IMG/VR virus record: IMGVR_UViG_3300020045_000439
Coordinates: 1 to 43,445 of that record
DNA from: a virus
Lineage: Duplodnaviria > Caudoviricetes
Direction: 5' to 3' (one strand)
Length of the DNA stretch: 43,445 bases
Part shown: piece by piece, positions 1 through 10,179 of the stretch
How the letters are laid out: each line of letters opens with the position of its first letter
How positions within the stretch are numbered: the first letter of the stretch is position 1
Notes under the pieces: model-generated
Told to the model about the DNA's origin: nothing
Seen by the model: only the letters and a program-made list of their open reading frames with translations
Database searches by the model: none
Program-made: the position numbers and the translations under genes

Positions 1-121
1 CAGGAGCTACAAGAGAATCAGGACATTATCAATCTATTCGATATTAAACAAACATTGGAAGGTATTGTTAAGTTTGAGAAAGATTCTGCTACAGACATCA
101 TCGTACAATTTACAGATGGAA
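1..121 (+). repeat. Exact copy of terL internal segment 1054-1174 (probable chimeric junction)
   Basis: caggagctac...acagatggaa is identical at 1-121 and 1054-1174, and the sequences diverge afterwards. Confidence 0.9.
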
Positions 122-250
122 GAAGATCTCATCTGGTTTAGTGAGAATCGCACGAAGATCACTAAAGGTTCTGAGATGGTTGACAATCTCCTCCAAGAGT
201 TAGAGCATCTATACGCTAAGACACTGTACAAACTTAACAATCTGAGTTAA
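122..250 (+). pseudogene. C-terminal fragment of a small ferritin/Dps-like (DUF5856-type) phage protein, truncated by the junction
   Basis: ...MVDNLLQELEHLYAKTLYKLNNLS* resembles the conserved TLYKL end of this family; the 5' part is missing. Confidence 0.5.
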
Positions 251-252
251 TT

Positions 253-756
253 ATGCCCTTCATGACCGGCGGGAAACGCGACTATAAAAAAGAACTTCAG
301 TGGGAACACACTAAAAAAAAGAACAGGGTCAAAGATCGGGCGCAACGTAATGCAGCGAGGGCAACAGTGGCTAAGAAATCTGGTGTAAAGGCAACATCTA
401 TTAAAGGTGATGTTGGACATAAGGTCGCCATTGGGCGACGAGGGAAGAATGGGTTGTTTTCTAATAAGCTGTCTCTTGTCGAATAGCCCTGATGCCACTC
501 TTTCCAGATCTCTAGCTTTGAGAGGAATCTTGACAACTCTGCCCGTCTTTTGATCATATTGATAATCACCCTCTTCGATACGTGTCATTAGAATATCTAA
601 GGCTTTGTCTATAACCTTGGACATAAGGTCGCCATTGGGCGACGAGGGAAGAATGGGTTGGCTAATTTATTCGTACAATCTCCCGGTACCAATCGTAGCT
701 TCGCTAGAAATAAAGATGGTAGTATGAAGAGTGAGAAATCCAAAAGGGAAAAATAA
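253..756 (+). CDS. Small basic HNH-like protein upstream of terL, interrupted by an inverted insert
   Basis: MPFMTGGKRDYKKE...GDVGHKVAIGRRGKNG reads on as LANLFVQSPGTNRSFARNKDG...KREK* once 457-660 is removed; degenerate DVxH..N..N pattern. Confidence 0.6.
413..660 (+). repeat. 44-bp direct repeat (413-456 and 617-660)
   Basis: ttggacataaggtcgccattgggcgacgagggaagaatgggttg occurs twice. Confidence 0.9.
450..624 (-). pseudogene. Inverted fragment of a probable terminase small subunit gene
   Basis: MSKVIDKALDILMTRIEEGDYQYDQKTGRVVKIPLKARDLERVASGLFDKRQLIRKQP is TerS-like and lies inverted between the two copies of a 44-bp duplication. Confidence 0.5.
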
Positions 757-759
757 TAA

Positions 760-2295
760 ATGGCAGTACCTAAAATAAAATTAACATCTCAAGTTATAGA
801 AGGATTTGTAGGTACTTGCTTAATTAAACGTTTTGATGGAGCCTCTCAGATTCCAGATTTCCATCGAGAGATGTGGGATCTTTGTACATCAGATAATAAG
901 TTTGTAGCAATAGCAGCACCACGTGGTCACGCAAAATCTACCTCGATTTCCTTGAGTTATGTGTTAGCAAATGTACTGTTTCGTAATCGAAGGTTCGTCT
1001 TGCTTGTGAGCGATACAGAAGCTCAAGCAGCAATGTTCTTGGGACAGATTATACAGGAGCTACAAGAGAATCAGGACATTATCAATCTATTCGATATTAA
1101 ACAAACATTGGAAGGTATTGTTAAGTTTGAGAAAGATTCTGCTACAGACATCATCGTACAATTTACAGATGGAACTAAGTTCCGTATCATTGCCAAAGGC
1201 AGTGAACAAAAACTCCGGGGTATGCTTTGGGATGGTGCTCGCCCTGATCTCATTGTTTGTGATGATATCGAAAATGACGAGGTAGTGATGAATAAAGAAC
1301 GACGTGAGAAGTTTAAGCGTTGGGTCTATGGTGCATTACTTCCATGTAGAAGTCAGAATGGAATCTTCCGTATTGTTGGTACTATCCTCCACATGGATTC
1401 ATTTCTTGAAGGGTTGATGCCACGAGAGAGTGATAGACATACAATCCATGAAGAGTTAAAGACATACTCTGAACGTAAAGCAACACAATGGAAAGCAGTT
1501 AAGTATAAAGCACACAACCAAGACTACTCACAGATCTTATGGCCTGAGCGTAGAACAGGAGAAGAGTTTCAACTAATCCGGCAGGATTATATAGATCGAG
1601 GGCTGGCTGATGTGTATTCCCAAGAATACCTTAACATCCCTACCGACGAATCTAACACCTTCTTCAAACGCAATGACTTTCTGACATTACGTGAAGAGGA
1701 TAAGAAAAAGAAACTCAACTACTATATCGCAGGGGACTTCGCCATATCTGAAAAAGAACGGGCGGACTACACAGTATTAGTCATAGGTGGTATGGATGAG
1801 GATGGTATCCTACATATCAAAAACGTTATACGAGATCGTATGGATGGTTTACAGATCGTAGATACCATGCTTGCACTACAGCGCGTGTACAACCCCATGG
1901 CATTCGGTATTGAAGATACACAAATCACAAAGTCGCTCGGTCCATTCTTGAATAGAGCGATGATAGAACAAAATGTTTTTATTAATGTCTTACCATTGAA
2001 ACCCCACCGAGCAGATAAGCAAACAAGAGCTAGAAGTATTCAGGCTCGTATGCGTGCCGGTGCCGTTAAGTTTGATAAACAATCTGAATGGTATCAGACT
2101 CTAGAAGATGAATTGATGCGATTCCCTCGTGACAAGCATGATGACCAAGTTGATGCTATTGCATATTTAGGTCTCATGATTGATAAGATTATAGAGGCTC
2201 CTACTAAAGAAGAAATGGAAGACGATGACTATGAACATGAAAAACAAGAGGGTGGATTAAATGACGAAGGCCGTTCGATCATTACCGGATACTAA
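760..2295 (+). CDS. terL: Terminase large subunit
   Basis: Walker A APRGHAKST, Walker B LIVCDDIE, coupling motif VGT, nuclease motifs GDFA, ADYT and HDDQVDA. Confidence 0.95.
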   Translation: MAVPKIKLTSQVIEGFVGTCLIKRFDGASQIPDFHREMWDLCTSDNKFVAIAAPRGHAKSTSISLSYVLANVLFRNRRFVLLVSDTEAQAAMFLGQIIQELQENQDIINLFDIKQTLEGIVKFEKDSATDIIVQFTDGTKFRIIAKGSEQKLRGMLWDGARPDLIVCDDIENDEVVMNKERREKFKRWVYGALLPCRSQNGIFRIVGTILHMDSFLEGLMPRESDRHTIHEELKTYSERKATQWKAVKYKAHNQDYSQILWPERRTGEEFQLIRQDYIDRGLADVYSQEYLNIPTDESNTFFKRNDFLTLREEDKKKKLNYYIAGDFAISEKERADYTVLVIGGMDEDGILHIKNVIRDRMDGLQIVDTMLALQRVYNPMAFGIEDTQITKSLGPFLNRAMIEQNVFINVLPLKPHRADKQTRARSIQARMRAGAVKFDKQSEWYQTLEDELMRFPRDKHDDQVDAIAYLGLMIDKIIEAPTKEEMEDDDYEHEKQEGGLNDEGRSIITGY

Positions 2296-4318
2296 GCCCT
2301 TCGATGGGACAGAACAAGATTATAAAGATCCTTTAAAGATTCAAGATATTTTAGATGCACAGAACATTGCGGAAATGGTATCAGAAGAAGATCTAATTAC
2401 CATCGGTAATGATGTTGTAACTGGATTTGAGACTGATCTTCTTTCACGAGAACCGTGGGAAAGAGATCTAGAGACATGGACTAAACTAGCCCTACAGATC
2501 TCGGATCAAAAGAGTTATCCTTGGGTAGGTGCCGCGAACATTAAGTTCCCACTACTCGCCACTGCCGCTATGCAATTTGCTGCTCGGGCATATCCAACAC
2601 TTGTTCCATCTAATGGACAAATCGTTAAGTGTAAGATCGTAGGTTTTGATCCTGACGGCGAAAAGACTAAACGGGCAGATCGTATTTCGAAACACATGTC
2701 CTATCAAGTCTTAGATGATATGCCAGATTGGGAAGAGGATATGGACAAGCTCCTTATCTCCCTACCAATTGCAGGCACTTGTTTTAAAAAGACTTATTGG
2801 GATGCAGCTAAACAAAAGAACTGCTCTCGCCTTGTCCTCCCTAAGTATCTTGTTGTTAATTACAACACTAGATCCTTAGATGAAGCAGAACGTATTACTG
2901 AAGTATTACAACTTACAAAACGTCAGATCAAAGAACGTATTAATCGTAAGATATTCTTAGATATCTCTTTAGGAGATCCTACCGTATCCACTACGTTTAT
3001 TACGAATTCTACCCAGAAGGCCTTTCAATTAGAAGCATCTGAGGATGATACGACCCCATATACAATCTTAGAACAGCATACATATCTTGATCTAGATGGG
3101 GATGGATACACAGAACCTTACATCGTAACAGTAGATGAGAATACTAAGAAGGTGTTACGCATCGTTCCTAGGTATGACAAAGATACTGTTATCGTGAATG
3201 AGAAGTCAAAGGTGGTGTCAATTGAAGCTATTCAATATTATACGAAGTATTCTTTTATACCTAATCCTGATGGCGGCTTTTACGATATTGGGTTTGGTAG
3301 GTTACTTGGCACTATTAACGATTCCGCTAATACTATTATTAATCAACTGGTTGACGCTGGGTCTCTAAGTAATTTACAAGCTGGATTTATTGGTAAGGGA
3401 TTACGCATTAAGATGGGTGAGACTAGATTCCAACCCGGTGAATGGAAAGCAGTTAATGCTACTGGTGATGACATCAAGAAGCAGATCTTTCCGCTTCCTG
3501 TACGTGAACCTAGTGAAGTATTATTTAAACTCTTAGATTTGTTGTTACGTTCTGGTAAAGAGTTAGCCTCCGTCGCGGAGATTATGACTGGGAAGATGCC
3601 CGGACAGAACACTCCAGCTACAACCACGATGGCTACTATTGATCAGGGTATGAAGGTATTCACTGCTGTATATAAGCGTGTGTATCGTTCACTAACTAAA
3701 GAGTTCCGTAAGATTTATAGACTGAATAAAACTTATCTCAATCCAGAAGAATACATCGCAATGATTGATGTTAAGATTGAACAGTCTGATTACACTGGAC
3801 CAGAAGATGATATTATTCCCGGAGCAGATCCTACATCAGTATCCGCACAGGAACGACAAGCTAAGGTTCAAGCATTAATGCAGATATTACAGATTGGTAC
3901 GTTAGATGTCATGGCAGTTACTAAGGCATACTTAGAGGCACATGAGATTCCACAACCAGAACAGTATATCAAGCAACCTTCTCCACCTCCACCTGATCCA
4001 AAGGTTGAGGCTATGAAGATTAAGTCACAACTAGAGCAACAAAAGGCTACACATGGTATTCAAATAGAGAATGCTAAGATGCAAATGGAAGCTCAAGGCA
4101 GACAACAAGATCTACAATTGAAGGCCCAAGAGCATCATATGGATATGCAATTTAAACTAGGTGAACATATACTTAAAGCACGTCAAGCAGATGCAGAGCA
4201 TCGTGCTGGATTAGTGCAGAATGCTCAGAAAGCACAAGTAGGATTAGCAGTAACCGCTGCTCAGGCAGAACAAAAGATGCAAATACAGAAGAATCAACCA
4301 AAACCAAAGGGGAAGTAA
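2261..4318 (+). CDS. Portal protein
   Basis: 685 aa directly after terL; P22-like portal features (PWVGAAN, ATTTMA, Q-rich coiled-coil C-terminal barrel). Confidence 0.88.
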   Translation: MTKAVRSLPDTKPFDGTEQDYKDPLKIQDILDAQNIAEMVSEEDLITIGNDVVTGFETDLLSREPWERDLETWTKLALQISDQKSYPWVGAANIKFPLLATAAMQFAARAYPTLVPSNGQIVKCKIVGFDPDGEKTKRADRISKHMSYQVLDDMPDWEEDMDKLLISLPIAGTCFKKTYWDAAKQKNCSRLVLPKYLVVNYNTRSLDEAERITEVLQLTKRQIKERINRKIFLDISLGDPTVSTTFITNSTQKAFQLEASEDDTTPYTILEQHTYLDLDGDGYTEPYIVTVDENTKKVLRIVPRYDKDTVIVNEKSKVVSIEAIQYYTKYSFIPNPDGGFYDIGFGRLLGTINDSANTIINQLVDAGSLSNLQAGFIGKGLRIKMGETRFQPGEWKAVNATGDDIKKQIFPLPVREPSEVLFKLLDLLLRSGKELASVAEIMTGKMPGQNTPATTTMATIDQGMKVFTAVYKRVYRSLTKEFRKIYRLNKTYLNPEEYIAMIDVKIEQSDYTGPEDDIIPGADPTSVSAQERQAKVQALMQILQIGTLDVMAVTKAYLEAHEIPQPEQYIKQPSPPPPDPKVEAMKIKSQLEQQKATHGIQIENAKMQMEAQGRQQDLQLKAQEHHMDMQFKLGEHILKARQADAEHRAGLVQNAQKAQVGLAVTAAQAEQKMQIQKNQPKPKGK

Positions 4319-4321
4319 TAC

Positions 4322-4537
4322 ATGCAAGTAATTAGTTCTACAGATTTCCAAGATTGGACAAAACATCCAGTCACAGTATCATTTATGAACTCAGTTCAAG
4401 CCCGAGTTGAGGATGCAAAAGAGAATTTAGCTACCTCAGCCGGGCAATGTCCAGAACAAGATAACTTTTTACGTGGCTTTATTCATGGGCAGCGTGAAAT
4501 TCTTGGAGTTACTTATGATGATGTGGAGGAAAAGTAA
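4322..4537 (+). CDS. Small head-module protein
   Basis: 71 aa, FQDWTKHPVT motif, translationally coupled to the next gene. Confidence 0.7.
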   Translation: MQVISSTDFQDWTKHPVTVSFMNSVQARVEDAKENLATSAGQCPEQDNFLRGFIHGQREILGVTYDDVEEK

Positions 4538-4842
4538 TGTTAAAGCCCATCCTTCATCGTTTAATTGTTAAATTAGATTCACTTGAGGAGGTCACTGCCA
4601 GTGGCATCGTACTTCCAAAGGATTTAATTAAGAAAGAACGTAAGGCTATTGAAATAGGTACAGTAATCTCTATTGGAGAGACCTGCTTCAAGGATTATGG
4701 GGGCGATCTAGACACGGTATCTATTGGAGATCGTGTTGTTATCGCTCAGTATAGTGGTAAAGAAATTGATGACATTGATGGAACTACTTATGTCGTGATC
4801 AACGACCAAGATGTGTTAGTTATTCTCAAGGAAGATAAATAA
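4537..4842 (+). CDS. groES: GroES-like co-chaperonin (Cpn10)
   Basis: LKPILHRLIV, mobile loop TASGIVLP, GTVISIG, GDRVVIAQYSG, YVVINDQDVL. Confidence 0.92.
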   Translation: MLKPILHRLIVKLDSLEEVTASGIVLPKDLIKKERKAIEIGTVISIGETCFKDYGGDLDTVSIGDRVVIAQYSGKEIDDIDGTTYVVINDQDVLVILKEDK

Positions 4843-5660
4843 TGGATGAATTAGATGTAGCATTGCCGAGTGGTGATGATGTTGTTATTGATACTGAAGT
4901 TACACAAGATGATGCCCCACAAATCTCACAAGTTGAGGCAGATGCCCGTGAGCAAGGATGGAAACCCAAAGAAGAGTGGAAGGGTGATCCAGATAAATGG
5001 CGTCCTGCTAAGGAATTTGTAGATCGTGGTGAGTTGTATAGTAAGATTGACACGATGGGTAAGGAACTTAAAGATACCAAACGTGCCCTTCAAATGCTAC
5101 AAGAACATCATAGCAAAGTCAAAGAGACTGAATATAAAAAGGCAGTAGAAGAGTTAAAGGCGCTTCAAAAGAAACATCTAGAATCTGGGGATTCTGATGG
5201 ATATCTAGAAACTACTGAGATCTTATCCGATCTACGTGCAGAACAGAAGGCACGTCAAGTAGTACAAGAAGTTACTCCTGCACAAGTCGATCCTAGGTTC
5301 ACCTCATGGGTGGATTCTAATAAATGGTATGATTCTAAACCAGAGATGCGACAGTATGCAGATATTATCGGGCAGGGTTATGCAAAACAAAATCCCGGTA
5401 TTGATCCAACAGAAGTATTGCGATATGTGACTAATGAAGTAAAACAACGCTACAGAGATTTCTTTCAGAATCCTAACAGAGATCGTCCGAATTCTGTCGA
5501 GAGTGGTACACGCGCAGTAGCATCATCTAGTAAGTTTGAAATGTCTGATGATGAAAAGCGTGTTATGAATACATTTATTCGACAAGGTGTTATAGGTCCG
5601 AATGGGATGTCTAAAGAAGATTATATTAAAGAAGTAAAACTTTCAAAGGGAATTAAATAA
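4842..5660 (+). CDS. Probable capsid scaffolding protein
   Basis: Acidic N-terminus, GWKPKEEW motif, coiled coil, MSKEDYIK C-terminus; lies upstream of the capsid gene. Confidence 0.7.
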   Translation: MDELDVALPSGDDVVIDTEVTQDDAPQISQVEADAREQGWKPKEEWKGDPDKWRPAKEFVDRGELYSKIDTMGKELKDTKRALQMLQEHHSKVKETEYKKAVEELKALQKKHLESGDSDGYLETTEILSDLRAEQKARQVVQEVTPAQVDPRFTSWVDSNKWYDSKPEMRQYADIIGQGYAKQNPGIDPTEVLRYVTNEVKQRYRDFFQNPNRDRPNSVESGTRAVASSSKFEMSDDEKRVMNTFIRQGVIGPNGMSKEDYIKEVKLSKGIK

Positions 5661-6052
5661 TGGCAACTAAGGCACAGAGACCACAGAGGACTCCACTAGC
5701 AAATCGTTCCGTTCTCGGAATTAAGGGGAAAGAACCCGGATATGTCTATAGAATTGTGAATGATACTGGTGATCGAGTATCCTCGTTCCAAGAACAGGGG
5801 TATGAGATTGTCACAGACAGCACAATAACAATTGGGGATCGACGAGTAGGGAAGGCATCTGCTGATGGTTCTCCCGTACAAGTAGCTGTTGGTAATGGGG
5901 TTGATGGATATTTAATGCGCATCAAAGATGAGTATTATAAAGAAGACCAAGCCTATAAAGAACAGAAACTAAATGAACTTGAACAATCCATGAGAAAAGA
6001 AGCTCTCGGTGCATCAGACTATGGCAGTCTGAAAATCGATGGCAAAACGTAA
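5660..6052 (+). CDS. Conserved head-module hypothetical protein
   Basis: PGYVYRIVND...GYE...LMRI pattern; coupled start/stop. Confidence 0.7.
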   Translation: MATKAQRPQRTPLANRSVLGIKGKEPGYVYRIVNDTGDRVSSFQEQGYEIVTDSTITIGDRRVGKASADGSPVQVAVGNGVDGYLMRIKDEYYKEDQAYKEQKLNELEQSMRKEALGASDYGSLKIDGKT

Positions 6053-6062
6053 AGGAATTTAA

Positions 6063-6698
6063 ATGGCAAATGTATCGCGTGTTAACGGCTTTAAGCCGGT
6101 CAAGCACTTTACTGGCGCTCCCTATAATGGGCAGTGCAATATTTATGAGGTCTCTGTCAGTGAGACTATCCCGATCTTTGTTGGTGATTTGGTTGTGCGT
6201 TCAACCAACGCATCCACCTCTGGTCTGGTAACTGTTAAGTCGTTGTCGGCTGCTGCAACTGCAAATGACGTTACTGCTGGTGTGTGTCTTGGTGCAGTAG
6301 TTGGTGTTGTTAATAGTAAGATGGACCCGTTGGATGGTAAAATGACGGCTGGTTCTATTGCTCTTGATACCCCGCAATATGCCCCTGCAACTACGAAGTC
6401 TTTCGTGCTTGTGTGCGATGCTGCTGATATCATCTATGAAGTGGAATCGACTGCTTCGTTTGCTCTTGCAGATATCGGATTGAATGGTGATGTAGGTGTT
6501 CTTGCTAATACTACGGCATTAGTTACTGGTAATTCTCCTATGTATGTTAATGCAACCGCCCCCACGGCCTCGGCTACCCGCCCTGTCCATATCGTCGGTT
6601 ACGTGAAACGTCCAGATAATGAAGCGCCTGCGGCGTACAATAAGATTCTTGTTCAACTCACTACGAGTGCGCAAGGCAATGCCATTGTTGGCGTTTAA
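6063..6698 (+). CDS. Capsid-associated (cement/minor capsid) protein
   Basis: AAGGA RBS, small-residue beta-rich sequence, immediately before the major capsid gene. Confidence 0.6.
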   Translation: MANVSRVNGFKPVKHFTGAPYNGQCNIYEVSVSETIPIFVGDLVVRSTNASTSGLVTVKSLSAAATANDVTAGVCLGAVVGVVNSKMDPLDGKMTAGSIALDTPQYAPATTKSFVLVCDAADIIYEVESTASFALADIGLNGDVGVLANTTALVTGNSPMYVNATAPTASATRPVHIVGYVKRPDNEAPAAYNKILVQLTTSAQGNAIVGV

Positions 6699-6710
6699 GG
6701 AGAATAGATA

Positions 6711-7619
6711 ATGGGTGTTATTACTTCGTCAAGCTTTGCCAAGCTTTTATGGCCGGGTCTGAATTCTATTTATGGGAAGTCCTATGCGGACTATCCTGTA
6801 GAATGGGATAAACTGTTTGAAAAGAATACGTCTGATAAGGCGTATGAAGAGGATGTTGGCCTGAGTTCATTTGGTCTGGCATCTGTTAAGAATGAGGGTG
6901 CTCCGATCACCTATGATACTGAACGTCAAGGCTTCACGTCTCGATACAACCATGTTGTGTATGCACTTGGTTTTATCATCACTCGTGAAATCTATGAAGA
7001 TGATCAGTATGGTAAGGTTGGGGCACAAAAGGCGAAAGCTCTTGCTCGCTCGATGCGTCAGACTAAGGAAATCATCGGTGCTAACATTTATAACCGTGCT
7101 ACTACGGCTGGTTATACTGGTGGTGATGGTGTTGTTCTCCTGAGTGCCTCGCATCCGAACGTAGCTGGAGGTACATTCTCCAATAAGATCTCGGTTGATG
7201 CTGACCTTAGTGAAGCTGCTCTTGAACAAGCTGTGATCGATATTGCGGGTTTCCGTGATGATCGTGGTCTGTTGATTGCTGCTCGTCCTGAGAAGTTGGT
7301 TATTCCGTATCAACTACAATTCGAAGCCAAGCGTATTCTTGGTGCGGATGGGCGTGTTGGTACTGATCTGAATGATCCGAATGTCCTGAAGGATTCTGGC
7401 ATCTTTAGTAATGTGGTTGTTAATCACTACCTTACTGATCCGGATGCATGGTTTATCTTGACTAACGTTAAAGATGGCCTGAAATACTTCGAGCGTCGTG
7501 GTGATGCATTTGAAATGGATAATGACTTTGATACTGAGAATGCTAAGTTCAAAGCCACTGCTCGTTACTCCTTTGGTTGGTCTGATCCGCGTAGCATCTA
7601 CGGTTCGTCTGGCGCTTAA
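6711..7619 (+). CDS. Major capsid protein (HK97 fold)
   Basis: AAGGAG RBS; LWPGL, KNEGAPITYD, DDQY, NHYLTDPDAWF, RYSFGWSDPR motifs. Confidence 0.93.
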   Translation: MGVITSSSFAKLLWPGLNSIYGKSYADYPVEWDKLFEKNTSDKAYEEDVGLSSFGLASVKNEGAPITYDTERQGFTSRYNHVVYALGFIITREIYEDDQYGKVGAQKAKALARSMRQTKEIIGANIYNRATTAGYTGGDGVVLLSASHPNVAGGTFSNKISVDADLSEAALEQAVIDIAGFRDDRGLLIAARPEKLVIPYQLQFEAKRILGADGRVGTDLNDPNVLKDSGIFSNVVVNHYLTDPDAWFILTNVKDGLKYFERRGDAFEMDNDFDTENAKFKATARYSFGWSDPRSIYGSSGA

Positions 7620-7628
7620 GTAATATTC

Positions 7629-7651
7629 GGGGGCACTGAAAGGTGTCCCCT
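7629..7651 (+). terminator. Stem-loop after the capsid gene (weak terminator or mRNA stabiliser)
   Basis: ggggcac-tgaaag-gtgtccc stem with a poor U tract. Confidence 0.5.
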
Positions 7652-7666
7652 CTTAAGGAGAACTAA

Positions 7667-8071
7667 ATGGCAGTATATGGTGTTGGTCCGGGGGGTGTTT
7701 CTACTATCACCCCAACGTGCCGTGATAGTTATACAAAGGTAGGTATCTTAGAAGTTGCTGATAGCACTAATGGTGTATTAGCATTTAAACTTCCTAAGTA
7801 TGCAGTTGTTGTTGGTGTATATACGATCTGTACTGGTGCTAATACTACGCAGACAATTGAGGTTGGATTTACAGATGGTGGGGATGAACTCCTTACTGCA
7901 TTTTCTCCGAACTCCACTGGATACTCAGTATCTGGTACAGCAACTGGTACATCGGTTGGTGTTCAATTGACAGCAGATAAACCTGTATACCTGAAAGCAA
8001 GTGCTGATCTTACTACTCCGGTCATTGTTAAGGTGGAATACTACATTCCTCCGCAAGGGCTGAGTCTGTAA
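7667..8071 (+). CDS. Probable capsid decoration protein
   Basis: Strong RBS, beta-rich 134 aa, follows the major capsid gene. Confidence 0.55.
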   Translation: MAVYGVGPGGVSTITPTCRDSYTKVGILEVADSTNGVLAFKLPKYAVVVGVYTICTGANTTQTIEVGFTDGGDELLTAFSPNSTGYSVSGTATGTSVGVQLTADKPVYLKASADLTTPVIVKVEYYIPPQGLSL

Positions 8072-8105
8072 CAATAGAAGCTCCTCTTAGAGGAACGACT
8101 AACCC

Positions 8106-8148
8106 ATAGGGGATATATTCTAATTGAGTGTATCCCCTATATTTTTAT
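8106..8148 (+). terminator. Rho-independent terminator
   Basis: ataggggata...tatcccctat stem followed by atttttat. Confidence 0.7.
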
Positions 8149-8160
8149 CAAAGGATTTAT

Positions 8161-8409
8161 ATGTCGGCATTTCGATCAGCAAATGCAACTGTTGCAGCAC
8201 ATGGTGCTGTTGCGGTTACTCCTAGTGATTCAACTGTATTAGAAATCACTCGTGGATTATTTATAGGTACTACAGGAGATGCTGTTGTAGTTATGGCAGA
8301 TGGGCAGACAGTAACATTTGTTAATTTAGCATCCGGTTCTATTCTCCCTGTACAAGTATCTAAAGTCAAGGCAGCGACATCAGCTGCAAATATTATCGCA
8401 TTATACTAA
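8161..8409 (+). CDS. Head spike base-like protein (RcGTA Rcc01079-type)
   Basis: ATG at 8161 with AAGGA RBS; VTPSDSTVL..TRGLFIGTTG..V.MADG..VTF..L..GSILPVQV..V...IIALY pattern. Confidence 0.65.
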   Translation: MSAFRSANATVAAHGAVAVTPSDSTVLEITRGLFIGTTGDAVVVMADGQTVTFVNLASGSILPVQVSKVKAATSAANIIALY

Positions 8410-8419
8410 AGGAATATAA

Positions 8420-8842
8420 ATGGCAACTTATAATAAATTCAATCAATATGTATTAGATCTCACTAATGGTGTTCATGATTGGGATACACATGCATTTAAA
8501 TTAATGTTAACTAATACTGCTCCTGTAGCGACCAATTCTGTTCTGGCAGATCTAACTGAAATTACAGCTGAGAATGGTTACACGGCTGGAGGAGCAGCTA
8601 CGACAATAACCACATCTATTTCCTCTGGTACAGCAAAAGCTGTTGGTACAGATGTTACATGGACAGCATCGGGGGGTACTATAGGCCCATTCCGTTATGT
8701 GGTACTCTATAATGATACTCCAACCTCCCCTGCTAATCCTCTAGTATCGTGGTGGGATTATGGTTCATCTATTACACTTGCTGCTGGTGATACCTTCACC
8801 GCAGATATAAATGCAACTAACGGATTCTGGGCTATGATATAA
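8420..8842 (+). CDS. Virion structural protein (fibre-associated)
   Basis: Common phage family pattern FKLMLTN...NGYTAGG...WTASGGTIGPFRYVVLYNDT. Confidence 0.65.
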   Translation: MATYNKFNQYVLDLTNGVHDWDTHAFKLMLTNTAPVATNSVLADLTEITAENGYTAGGAATTITTSISSGTAKAVGTDVTWTASGGTIGPFRYVVLYNDTPTSPANPLVSWWDYGSSITLAAGDTFTADINATNGFWAMI

Positions 8843-10179
8843 TGCACCACACTCTGTATATAGGAGGTTCTGATGTAGGGTTTCCTATATGGAGGCCAAC
8901 AGAGGGGGCTATTGCGAACATTAGTAATAATTTAAGATCAGATATTGACCCTAGATATGATCCACTTGCCAACCCAAACTACCCCTCAACAGCCCCGTGG
9001 GAGACTGGTGGGGTTGAATGGATACATGTTACAGATTTTTGTGGCGCACTACTTTCCGAAGATATTGGCGCGCATGGAACGTACATGCAATATGGGGGTT
9101 CGGGACATTCCGCGATTGGTGCTAATTTCTGGTTCGGGTTTGATCTTTCAGATCAGGTATGGAAACGGGTTGGGAAAAGACCCCTACCTAGTGATGCATT
9201 TAATGCAGCTATAAATCCATTCAACTTATCACTAAATTATCCGGCTGCACAACTTGATGCAACATGGGGTGAGTGGCAGGGGGATTGGACTGGTTGGCCT
9301 AATGGCTTCGCGCAACCCGGATATAATCCCCCAGAGGGGTCACACACTCGGAATAGTTTTGTAGTTCGCCCCGCAGTAAAAGCAGGAAATGCGGGGGGGC
9401 AACTCTTGTGTTGTTGGCAACCTACAGGAAAACAATCTGGTACTGAATTGAGAGGGGGCTTTATATGGAACGCGGATACAAGCTTATTCTCTCGTCAAAC
9501 TACGCTTCGCCCTAGCGCAGGTAGTACCGTCGGGGGGGTTCAGTATTTTGTGGATCTAGATGCTGTTGTTGGATTGAATATGGAGTCAAGTGCCACGGCA
9601 ACTTACGTTGACGTTCTTGACTGTGTGACGATGGCTTGGTCACGCCGGACAACGACTAATGCCCCAATGCTATATTATGACTCAACATCTTTTGCACACC
9701 CAGTTGGAAATCTATTGATTGTTGCCAATAACAAATTGACAGCACAAACACCTCCTATAGAGTTTTGGGCAATTGACGCAAGTAATATTAAATCTGGAGC
9801 GGCGTCTGCGTGGTCTCAACTCACTATCTCAGCATCTAGTTATCCAATAGACGGCACTAATATATGTGCAACTGTTGCATGGGCGCGTTGCCCATTAAAC
9901 GGTTGTTACTACGCTGTTAATCGAGTACATGGATCTACAATGTTATGGAAACTAACTCCACCCGCTGGTAATACAATAGAGAGTCAGTTATCAGGAACAT
10001 GGGTAATTACAACAGAAGCATTAAGTGGAGTATCTCTTGATGGGCGGCGGGCCAGTGGAGTGGCCGGAACATCATTTGATTATAATAGGCTTCAATGGAG
10101 CAACTACGCCAAATGTTTTATATGGACTCCAGATTATGTAGGCGGAAATGTGCAGGCCATTCGGCCACAAGGAATATAA
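8842..10179 (+). CDS. Putative beta-propeller receptor-binding or fibre-associated protein
   Basis: 445 aa, W/G-rich with Kelch-like spacing (GGSGH, FDLSDQVW); base composition differs from the backbone. Confidence 0.5.
   Translation: MHHTLYIGGSDVGFPIWRPTEGAIANISNNLRSDIDPRYDPLANPNYPSTAPWETGGVEWIHVTDFCGALLSEDIGAHGTYMQYGGSGHSAIGANFWFGFDLSDQVWKRVGKRPLPSDAFNAAINPFNLSLNYPAAQLDATWGEWQGDWTGWPNGFAQPGYNPPEGSHTRNSFVVRPAVKAGNAGGQLLCCWQPTGKQSGTELRGGFIWNADTSLFSRQTTLRPSAGSTVGGVQYFVDLDAVVGLNMESSATATYVDVLDCVTMAWSRRTTTNAPMLYYDSTSFAHPVGNLLIVANNKLTAQTPPIEFWAIDASNIKSGAASAWSQLTISASSYPIDGTNICATVAWARCPLNGCYYAVNRVHGSTMLWKLTPPAGNTIESQLSGTWVITTEALSGVSLDGRRASGVAGTSFDYNRLQWSNYAKCFIWTPDYVGGNVQAIRPQGI

Noticed and set aside
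65-121. N-terminus of ORF 65..250
   Set aside because: Out-of-frame terL sequence fused by the chimeric junction.
413-660. Direct repeats flanking an inverted segment as a mobile element, invertible switch or mini-CRISPR
   Set aside because: Only two copies, both are coding sequence of the interrupted gene, and no recombinase or cas gene is present; a template-switch artefact explains it.
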